64,000 nucleotides of DNA from Folioceros fuciformis (Eukaryota): the NCBI GenBank assembly GCA_049999805.1, contig JBNGIO010003970.1:1-64000 (forward strand), given 5' to 3'. Of the stretch, positions 53,267-64,000 are shown one piece after another. The stretch's first letter is position 1. Each line of letters opens with the position of its first letter. The notes below the pieces were generated by a model. That model had not been told where the DNA came from. It worked only from the letters and a program-made list of their open reading frames with translations, and did no database searches. The translations under genes were made by a program, and so were the position numbers.

Positions 53267-56200
53267 TCAACCGGGTGTGCTGGATGAAGTCCCTTGTACT
53301 TCTCCCTCTTTGGGCCCCGTATCTACAAGTTCTGATTCTTGGTAACCCTTATCAGATTGCGAGCCCTCGTCGTCACGATCCTCTTCAGACTCGGAGTCAG
53401 TAAGGGCCTGCCTTTCCAGTTCCCAAGCCTCAGTCCTCAGTCGATTTTGCTGAATTTTAATCTTTTGTCGCTTGTCTGGCTTCAAACCCACTGCTCTGAT
53501 ACCTTCCTCGATGACCCTGCAAGGCTAGTCCAGGAACACTTGAGACCTCATGATCCTACTGCACCGAAGATTGGTTTGCTAAAGACTCAACTTACCTTCC
53601 GCAAAGCTTCTTCTGTGTCACGGCGATGTCATGATCAACGAAGGCATCCCCGAGTCGAAGACTCAACCATATGTAGAGGTCAATCACCTGCATCGGGAAT
53701 GTGGGTCCAACGTGATTCTTCTTCGAACTGAAAAGAGAGCCGTGCGAGATTGTGCCGTGTATGATTTGAGGAAGAGGCGGAGCACTGGACCCAGTGGTGA
53801 AGACACAGATGGCAAACGCACCTTGTGCTGAGATTCGAGCTCTTTCAGGCGAATCTGTGTCCTTGGCAGACGAATTGTTTTGGAAGTGAAGATTTTTTCT
53901 TGTCGTACCAGCCCATCTTCGGAGTACTCTGTAGCAAACTGTGGATCCACACCATAAGTTAGCTAACAGCTGCCCCGTTTGTAATGACAGGCTTAAACCA
54001 GGAGAAGCTATACCTTAAGCAAAGCAGTCATTGATATTGGATCATCGGTCTCCACAGGGCTGCCATGGCACACCATTCCACCACAACAATCTCAAAGACA
54101 AAAGTGCATTGCAAGAGCCATCTTTACTTGACATGAGAGAGCCATGAATTCAACTCTGAAAGCATGCATGTACAAACGATGTACCAGCACACCTGAGGGC
54201 GAAGATATAGCGCTCCGACCATGTCAACGGTATCTTCTCCAACATCTCTGCAACTGCCTGCAAGCAAAGCATACAGGTCATTGCGGTCTCATGTCTGCAC
54301 GGGGAGAGTGGCATCAGCTTCTTTTAAGAGATATAGGGATGAGTTCTATACCAACATGTCGTCGCAATCTCGCATAAAATAATTAGACGAAAGCCTGGCT
54401 TTTCTCATGAACAATTTCTGCACAGGTGCGAAGCATCAGAATTCAAATATGTGGAAAATGAGATGCATAAAGGATCAGAGCATCCAACGTACTCACCAAG
54501 ACCTCACTGAATGTCTTCGCCGGGTGCAATTCAGAATAGAGAGTTAACTGCTCTAATGAAGGGAAAAGTCCAGCAGCCTGTTGCAAGATGTAAGCCCTGC
54601 ATAGGATTACGGCGTTTCTGAAGAACCTAAGCGCCCATGCATACAGAGAGTAGGAGACAGGGGCCTCACCTTAACGAGGGGGGATGGTGCTGCAAGCGCT
54701 TCATGCAATTTGGGCATATCACTTTCTTTCAAGCATGTCACATATCCTCGAGGATATTTAGTACCAAACCTTCCAGCCCTCCCTGAGTAGCAATTACCAT
54801 TGCAAGTTGATGCGAGTAACCATGAGAAACAATAGAACGGAAGATATAGCAGCTCCGGAAGGCCCACCCGCTATCTGTTTAATCTCGACGACATCAAGTG
54901 GCCGAACACCCGTGCCATCGAACTTTGATAGAGTTGAGAACACGATTTGTCGTATATTTAGATTCAAACCCATGCCCACAGCATCACTGGCTATGAGGGT
55001 GTCATATCCGCTGATTGGATCGTTGAATTTCTCAGCCTGTTACAGACGAGCCGTCTCATGAACGGATGGGGACCAATGACTGAGCCGTTCTCGTTTGCGA
55101 GGTGAGGACAGAAAACCATGTACCTGCCTTTTGCGCGCCTCAGGAGGCAGGCTTCCATAGATGACTGAGCAACGATGCCTCCCCTTTTTCTCAATCTCCG
55201 ACTGAAAGGCAACCACAGTGCCATGACATAGATGAGCACACATCACATGTCCCAACGGAGTACAAGAGACAAGGTACATCAAACTAGCCTTAATTTGGTA
55301 TATGTCAGTGCGAGAGAATGCTACAACGCAATCCCCCCTTCGTATCCTTGAATACTTGCTGAGTGCAAACTCAGATATGGTCAACGGAGCCAAACGCTCG
55401 TAATAGTGGACCTGCACAGAGCTTTGCAGAAGTTACTTCTTCAACCTGCAGGACATAAAGCAAACCTGCAACTGAACGTCACCTGAAGCAAATCTCCCAT
55501 TTCAGCAACCAGGTTCTCCACCAGGGGAACTGCAGCTGGATCTCCACAAAGGTGCAGCTCATCGACAGGCAGGCCTAGGAGAGCACGAGTCACTGAAGAA
55601 CCTCTATCTCGGGAGCCAAGCATCTGCATATACTCTCTCAAACTCTGGTCATCCACAGCTTTCACAAAAAAAATGCAGTCTTGAACATAAGAGTACTGGT
55701 TCACCTGAATTTCATCGATTATGGCACATTCGTATGCCGTTGTAACATCAGCCATCTCAACTGTCATGGCCTTGTGTTTTGCACCGTCAACCTCCTTCTT
55801 CTCCTGTCCGGTGATGAGGCTGCAAGGGATGTTTGCCAGATTCAAGCGTTCGGCTACCTCCCACGCCAGAAGTCTCAAAGGGCCACAGTAGACACCTGCA
55901 CCAATTCCAATTCCAGCAGCAAAAATATAAAGTTGCAGGGTACAACAGCCAAAAAGCAGGCCTGCTCTGGGGCCGGGCAATCACCAGAGGAGCATGCTTG
56001 AAGTCGCTTCAGTGCCGAATAGGTCTTGCCGCTGTTGGTCGGACCGACATGTAACACAATTTGCCTCTTCTTGGACCTGGCAAATGGGTACCAGGTGTGT
56101 GGACGTCTATACAACACAAGCAAACCCGTGAGGAGCCTGGCGAGCATCTCTGCACTGGCACATCCCTGTGCACCGGCCCTTCCCCCTCCCCCCACTCACG

Positions 56201-56647
56201 TCAAGTCAAATACATCAGGACGCACTGCGGATCCCAGCTTGCTCAGGTGACGCTTCCAGGACCACATCGACGCTATTGCTGCATTTTGGACAGCCCCAAT
56301 TCTTAGCGCGAAACCTGAGGCTGTGAAAGCGCACATTACGCTTCTTGGTGGAGGCGGAGTGGACAGATTCCTTGGTGTGCATGTACACAGTTCGGTATTC
56401 AGCCCTGGAACTGTAAGCCTAGTAAGGATTCATCCCAACGACGCGACACAGCAATGCCCAGGGTACTTGTGCCTTGCCCTTCACAACATGTTGATAAGTA
56501 ATGAATCTCGGGCGAGGCGGTTCCGGTGGAGATGGGAGTTGAGCCTGAAGGACTCAGAAGCCGAGGATTGGTCACATGGGAGGAGTGCGTGAACAGGCTT
56601 CGATTGAGACGTGAGACTGTTCCCAAGCTCATCCAGCTGAATTCCAT
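53267..56647 (-). CDS. SUV3: Mitochondrial SUV3-type DExH RNA helicase, multi-exon; start uncertain
   Basis: [97 protein letters not shown]. Confidence 0.92.
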
Positions 56648-57089
56648 TTCCTGGTCTCCAGCTGATGCTAGACGAACAGAAGTTTTATCGCCAATATCGA
56701 CACGCCGAGGTAGTGCTTCCGCCCGATCACCGAGGCGGAGTTCCGGAGAGGGTTAAGACAGTTATAGAGGTCATGAACGGGTTGCTAAAAGTGACGACGG
56801 CCCAACTCAGACGAGGTCTCGAGAAGAGGAGGAGAGCGTGTGGAGGTCCACACAAGGCACAAAATTGAGATTCGGAAACAAGACGAATCAGGACGAAAAC
56901 ATCAGTCCTGATGTAGCCGCAGCGGAGACAGGCGCGCAAGAAGTCCCTGTGGAACCGGCAGCGTCGTAGAAACTGAGGAGCAATAACTGTGACAATTGAC
57001 GTTGGATAAAAGAACGGGATAAGCCCCGTTTGCCGACCGACAACCAGAGGATGGACGCACTTGTTCTCTCGTCCAGTGACTCCGTTAAC

Positions 57090-60000
57090 TTACCAATTGA
57101 ATGGTGCTGTTCCCAGAAGAAAAATGTCACTCTCCATGTCGCGCAGCCAGTGACATACTCTGTTGCATACAGCTATCGCGGACCCCTGCAACATACATAC
57201 ATCCACTCCGCTTAGGTTGAATTCGTGAGTTAGCAGTCCCGCTCGGATGTCATGTATACTCCACAGCGCTCACATACCTTCTCAGCTGAAGGGTTAAAGG
57301 CCGCATAAAGTTCGAAATCGGCGGTCCTCCATGCCAGCAGAACTGCCATGAATGGAATGGAAGTGGGTCAAGAAGTCAGCACAAGAAAAGCAGCACAAAC
57401 TTTTGTGAGACAAGGGACCGAGCATACCAAACTTGGCATCTCTCCTGTATTGCATTTTGTGAAGAGCTCCACGTGACACATCATGCATCGAGGCATGCAG
57501 CTTCTGATAAAGTCTGAACAATCTGAAACGTACACGCAACACGTTTCAGCAACTCTTCGATAACTTGTCGGCCCTAGCGACAAGCACAAACAACGAAACC
57601 AAGGGTTCTTAAAGAACAAAAACGCACAAATGTCACAGTTCCAACCTCTTCTGATCAGCCTGATTTTGCAAGTCCGACGAGTACTCCGATGCCACAAACT
57701 GGTCCAAATAGGTACTCCTGTAGAGAAAATGGTACAGACCTTCCGTACCTCCCACTGAAGGCCCTTGCACGCTTCCAGCAGTTTCCGATGTTTTCCGACT
57801 GAATGTAGGCACCTCGTCTATATGAAGGCCACCGTTCTGCAGTGACAGGTTAATATCCCGTAGGACATTCATCTGTCGCAAGGCGGTCTCAATCTGTTGC
57901 CTGTCACCATTGCAAGAGACTAATCACCATGTTGACCACACAAGTTTCTTACAGCAGTTGTGAGGCCCTAGTTGCATCTCTTTCTGATTCAGCTGTCTAC
58001 CCAAATCCAAAGCCCACAGGTTGGAAGCTCCATGGAACCAGCGCGAAACGACAGAAGCATCCTAATACCTGCATTTTTGCAGATAAAAGAAAGCTCCTGA
58101 ATCAGCCGTAAGCAGAACCAGGCAGGTCTCTGTCTGCAAACATTAAAGCAAAGCAGTTAGTCACAGCGCAAAACAGGATAAGCCAGCCCAAAACTCATGA
58201 TCACCCATCAACATAACGTTCTCGTAAAATCACTCGGTACTGCTACACAATTTTACAGCTCACTGAGCAATGTCGGACTCGGCACATGCATCCAAATGGA
58301 AACAAGGAGGAAAGACACCTGTTATTGAAAATGGAGGTGACTCCCATACAATTCAGATCAGTGTCTACCACAGACCAATGGATCATTCTTCATCCACAAG
58401 CAGAAAAGCCGAGGTCATCCACAGTGCACGCAGTAAGTGTCTACCAGACTTAACCTGGAACTTACTTCTATGTACTGTATGTAGGCGTACAGAAATGCTG
58501 TGGCGTTGTAGCAGGGAAGACAAACAGGTGAAAAAGACTCTGTGGTTCTGCAATGTCAATGACACAATGAGCAAGGCGTGACCTGATGTTGCTATCGACT
58601 GAAACATGCTCCACTATTCACCTTTCACCTGAATGATTCGGATGAGGAAACAAAGTTGGACAACAAGCATATATCATCAGGATGAAGAGGACTTTTCCGA
58701 GAACCAGCAAGGCATATGACCTGAAACACAAAAAATCGCCACTTGCTGAGAAGGACAAGTAACACCACTAGAGTTTTAGGAACATGACGAAATATGATCC
58801 GCATCAGAGGACCCGAAAGATTACCTTTGAACCAGACATCAGAAGAGCAAATACATTCCCTGACTCAGCTACGTCTTGGAGAGCAACACCAGCTGCCTGT
58901 CTTGTTACATAAGGAAGAGGCAAGCAAGTATACGCGTGGAGGAAGGTCCCTGGATTCCTGGTCAAAAAACCGGCAACTTTACAACAAGGCTGAAGGCTCT
59001 GACGCATGTCAAATGATGACGCAGACGAACTTGCTGTCAATCACTTCGAATGCAACCTAAAATGCCAACCACCTATCATGACTGTAACTCTCAGAACATG
59101 AAGCATTGCACTATGCGTAGCTAGTAACTAGAACTGAAAACGGAGCGAAGTGACTTGTCAGCGCCAGCACGTGACACAACAGACTGTTCAATGCGAAGCA
59201 AATATTGACCTACCAGCTGAAGGCATGTATCAAGGAAGAAAAGACAACCTCGGTGCCTCCAAGCAAGGGCCTCATATCAAACTTCGGATTTTTCAAGAAA
59301 CACTTTTCCACAGCCTTCGTCAATATGAGAAGCATCTGTGTTCAGCAGATCGTATTAGTGTTCTTGAACTCTGCCTTTTTGCCCTTCTGGACAAGAACCA
59401 GGTATGTACGCAGTAGCTGGAGCAGTAAGTGCCAAAGGGATACCTGCCCATGCAAAAGCTCTAGTTGTCCTTTTAGAGACTGAATTGGCTCCTCAGTTGC
59501 GGAGATAGAGACTAGGTAAAGGGGGCCCTTCACCAAAAAAACAATCTGCAGAGTTCATGAAGAAAGCGTGGGATGGTCTTAGACACAGTGATGTACAGTT
59601 TAGGCGATGCACCTCGAGAAACCAAAAGGGTGGGCACCTGATGATCGCCCGCTTTAATCGAGTGCATCAGGTCTCCACTACAACATCCATACGTCAAGGC
59701 AGAGGTAAGTGGGAAGCAAAAGCTACTTTGCTTCGAAAAGAACATTAGACAAGTCCATAAGTAGTTTGGAGATGGCAAGCAGACTTATGGATGGCCTAAA
59801 TTGCTTGCCTGTTCTCAACGAATGACATGATTGCTTGTAAAGTGGCCGAAAAACCAGCCAATTTATGCTCGTCTCCATACCTGCATCGCCCGCCATACGA
59901 TGTCAAAGGAAGAGGAAAGGGATAAGGCTGTCAAGTGCAAGGACATGGATGCGATAGCAAGCCACACCTAGAGAATATAGGCTTGCCAGCATTGCTGAGA

Positions 60001-60721
60001 ATAAAGAAATGCTTCCGATGCTTCCTCCAGGATTCAAACGAGTCATCCTGCAAAGAAGATTATCCGTAGCTGCGTTTGGGCGGATGTGCGCAAGGCGCTA
60101 CAGACATATTCAGACTCTAACCTCATTCGGGTGACGCTTTCCTGGAACCCAATTAGCTGAAGAAGTGCTCTCAGCTGTCTGCTGAATCTGCCCTGACACC
60201 GAACCCCTCGATTCCTCATCCCCGCTACTGGAACCGGAAGCACTTGTTGGACTGCTTCCACTCTCCGCCATGCAATAGCTGGTCCCTTCATGGCTATTCC
60301 TTAAACTAGGAGGATCGAGAGTGTGGTCGTCTAAACCTTCCTGGTGCTCGAGGCTGTCATCTTTGACCCTAACAGATCCAGAGTCGGACTCGGGTAGCTT
60401 CTCGACATCACTGCATGGACCATCATCTGGCAGGTAACAAGGACGGTCACCATATCCATCATTTACGAAAAGGTCCTCGTAATCCGTCGAGAACGCATGC
60501 GGCACAATCCCAGTGAAATACGGAGGTACTGAAGGCCTTGGTGTAGAAAAATCTCCACCCGCCCTGTCGTTCGGCTTCCGGTCGTCTATCACGTCCTCTG
60601 CTGTAATGAAATCCTCTGAACCGGCAAGATTTTGCGGCGCGCTCGGTTCAACGTCACTCGACCCGTTCTCCGAAGTGGCTGGCGAGGAATGACTGCCGTT
60701 GCTAGTCGTTGGCGACTTCAT
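57090..60721 (-). CDS. MON1: Vacuolar fusion protein MON1/SAND, multi-exon
   Basis: [109 protein letters not shown]. Confidence 0.92.
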
Positions 60722-62621
60722 CTGTAAGCTGGAGCACAACAGAATCTGGACATCCCTTCCACACTTCCACGGCGCTTCGAGTGGGAGCTGGAGTACACCC
60801 CAATTGGAAGGCGCCAGGCAGGGCTCATAACAACTTCAGAGCAACGTTGGATTGACGTTATATTCCCATATAATATTCAATATCCGGCTGGGCTGCTCCG
60901 ATGGGAGAAGCCCAACAACAACAACTGCACATGATCTTTCGTACCAACGTCGCCTAACACAGGATTTCGCTCCGTTGCAGGGCAGCATTAAAAGTTCCAC
61001 AAGTCGCACGACGTGTGTCCGGGCCCCTTGGCTTGACCCTGGGCTCTGGGTGTCTCAAATGTAGCTACCTAATATGATTATTAAAATTAACTTTAATAAC
61101 AATAATATTAAACCATTTTGAAATAAGAAAAAAAAATATTTCATTAAAAATAGGTAGAAAAATATTTTCCTCCCTTTGTAGAGGCAAACATATATGGGTA
61201 CCACTTATCTTGTCACACTAGTGAAAAATTTCATCCACTCCCTCTCATCTAGGTACCAGTTAAAGCACAATGCTAACTAATTTATAGTCATAAACATGAA
61301 ATGACTAATTAGGTAGCATGCTTTCAAATGTGTAGAAAAACAAGTTCTACATTTCTTGTAGATCACAAGATTGTTTGTTGTCATTGAACAAAAGATAGGG
61401 TGAGCTCATTTGCCTCTTCATTATGCCAATGTAAAGGCATAGTAAAGACCAATGTCAGACACAACAACAAGGCTCCAAATCAAAAACTGCTAATCTCTCC
61501 TACAATATCATAACTAATAACCTAGAAGGCCTACAATCAACAGCAACAAAAGCTTGTCAATGAAGAAGTGGCATCACATATTGTTGTTGCCATTTCTATG
61601 TTGTATTGATAGCCAATTGTTGATGCCCTTAAGGATTGTTGCTACAAGTGCAATAAGTTGGCTAGTAATGGACATCCATTGCTCACAAAGAAAAGGTCTA
61701 GTTAAGTTCAATGTCTCTCATTATAGTGTCTAAGTAGCCTGTGTCTCTTCTCGATTGTATTGTGTGCTCATGATCCCTAATTGCAACATTGTCACCTTCT
61801 CCAGCTTTGTTGTTGTTGTTTGTAGAATGACATGTGTATTGTCTAATAGTGAGCTAGTGAATGTATCATCTAGAGTCCTGAAAAGTGTGTGTAGCAGAAG
61901 GAGAAGGAGGGACTAGAGTGAAGGTTCATAAGTACTCTCTTATGCAATAAAGGCACAATTTCATTCCCTTACTATTGACATCCACAAGGTTATGGGCAAG
62001 GTTTCTCTAAGTTCCTTAAGGTTTATGCTAGAAGTCCCATAATCATAGGAGCAAGATAGGTCTCACTGTTTGTTTCATGTAGTAACTGATCTAAGAGTAG
62101 GAAGCTTGATCTTGAGTTCTCATCAACTTATGTCCATATGGGCCTAAAGTAGGTCCTTGAGCTCATATCTTGAACTCTGAAATTATAAGTGAAGTAACAA
62201 GCTATGTGACTAAAGATAAGGAGGTTAGTCCATTGGCTTTTTCATAGTCTCCACAGATGGGGTTTTCTTTAAAATAAAGGCACTCACTCCATTCCTTTTT
62301 CTTAAAGCTCTTGTCTCGAGGAGGAGTTCCTGCCACATTCGTCTCTGTACTCCCTATCTCATCATTACTGTGTTGAGCTCAAACTTTTCCCAATATTTAA
62401 GATTTAATTTAACTTTAACAGTGGTTGTTTAGATATGATGATATAATAGAGGTTACTATTAACTTGAGTACATAGTATTTCAGGAACGCCTGACTTCGAA
62501 TCGCTCTCGGTTTCAGTCCTTGATCTGGGGTTCAGGGCTGGGTGGTGACGAAAGCAATACCACAGGATACAAGCCCGGCTGGCGCGAACAGGAGCTCAGA
62601 CACCACGGGAGATCGGAAATC

Positions 62622-63810
62622 ATGGGGAAGCAAAATGGCGAGCTCCTGGTGGAATTATTCGGGAAGGCAAGCAGGGCCGCGGAGAAAGCTGCGGGAGAGG
62701 GATCTGCAGCGAATTCGGAGGAAGAGCGCTGCGTGGATGCGTTGAAAGCTATGAAATCCGTGTCGGTGACCACTTCAGTTCTGGTTGACACGCAGGTATT
62801 GCGGGTGGCCATTTTTTTTCCTAGGCTGCTGCTTCTGTCCAGCTAAATTCTGTCCTCTGCTGCTCCTCCGTGTTGCAGCAATTGCGATGAGCGCATTGGT
62901 TTTCTTTGTTTTGTTTTGTTTTGTTTTTTTTCTCTTGCCAGGGCTCTGCGTTTCGTAGGGTTTCTGGTGTGATGGCGGGCGAGAGATTTTTGGATACCTG
63001 TTTGTGTGCTTTATGTGGTCGTGTTTGAGGTTGTTCATTTGTGCAGCTCGTGCATGGCAGGTTGGCAGGGAGCTGAAGAAACTGGCCAAGCACAAAAGGC
63101 CTAAAATCGCGGCAATGGCCCAGTCGGTGGTGAACGAGTGGAGGAGAATCATCGCCTCTGAAAAAACAGAGAAGAAGGGCTCTCCAGGCGTGCCCGGGAC
63201 CACCAACAACTCAAAATCTTCCATCTCTTTGTCCGATTCGAAGCCTACTGATACGCTTGCGGCCAAGGTGAAGCCCAAGATTGTGAAGACTGGCAGTGAG
63301 TCACGGGACAAATTGCAGGAGCTGTTAATGGAGGCACTTCTGAAGGTGTCCGATGAGGTAGACCCGGAAGTCCGTGAGGTTGCAGAGAAAAGGGATGTGG
63401 CCAAGGTTGCTGGTGATGTCGAGAGGGCCATGTTTGGGAAGCTGGGGCTGTCTACAGGGGTGAACAAGGCTAAGATCCGCTCCATAATGTTCAACTTGAA
63501 GGATCCCAAGAACCCGGATCTCAGAAGAAGGGTACTGTTAGGGGAAATCCAGGCCGAGCAGCTGGTGACCATGAGTGCGGAAGACATGGCAAGTGATCAG
63601 AGGAAGCTTGAAAACGGGAGAATAAAAGAGAAGGCATTGTTCGAGTGTGAACGGGGGCTGAAGCAGGCAGCCTCCACGGATCAATTCAAGTGTGGCAAGT
63701 GCGGACAGAGGAAAACCACATATTTCCAGATGCAGACCCGAAGTGCTGACGAGCCCATGACAACGTTCGTGACGTGTGTGAACTGCAACAACCATTGGAA
63801 GTTCTGCTGA
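62622..63810 (+). CDS. TFIIS: Transcription elongation factor TFIIS (2 exons: ~62622-62795, 63061-63810)
   Basis: LW domain (VDALKAM...LVDTQ|VGRELKKL); RSIMFNLKDPKNPDLR; zinc ribbon FKCGKCGQRKTTYFQMQTRSADEPMTTFVTCVNCNNHWKFC. Confidence 0.96.
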
Positions 63811-64000
63811 AAGCTTGGACTGCCTGCAGCGTGCGGCCTATGCCGCGAAGATACGGGGCATTCATATCCGATGCCGGGCCGTCAATCGGAACGCCACATC
63901 GTCCAGGTCTGTTGCTGGAATGGAGTGTGTGGGCTTGTGGGTAGCGGGATAGTGGAAAGAAGCATCAAGATGCTTGTGTTTTAGTCTGGTAGATTTGCTG

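Noticed and set aside
53493-53504. tRNA-Met primer-binding-site-like GGTATCAGAGC on the minus strand (LTR element or caulimovirid)
   Set aside because: It lies in frame in the last SUV3 exon (EEGIRA); no LTR or RT is nearby.

Overview
Eukaryotic land-plant nuclear DNA with compact genes and short GT-AG introns. A hornwort or other non-seed plant is plausible, but that is inference only. There are 12 apparently intact host genes: PCF11/PCFS4-like, DCN1/AAR3-like, NVL/CDC48C, a CsaA/tRNA-binding OB-fold protein, a BtuF-like multidomain protein, an RH33/RH48-type DEAD-box helicase, an NTF2/SnoaL-like protein, CWC27/CYP57, PFD2, SUV3, MON1 and TFIIS. A ~19 kb island of decayed mobile DNA (about 10.8-29.7 kb) holds a CACTA transposase relic, an RLE-type non-LTR retrotransposon relic and a GC-rich repetitive element. 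A TIR-bounded Mutator-like element lies at 34.4-37.7 kb. The most notable signal, which the ORF track misses because of stops and frameshifts, is two diverged, intron-containing pseudogene copies of a prokaryote-like beta-class N4C/N6A DNA methyltransferase (14.5-15.7 kb and 24.1-25.3 kb). Each copy is preceded by an array of the same ~28-bp palindrome, which suggests a mobile element family carrying its own DNA amino-methyltransferase. All family calls come from manual translation and motif recognition; no database searches were run.
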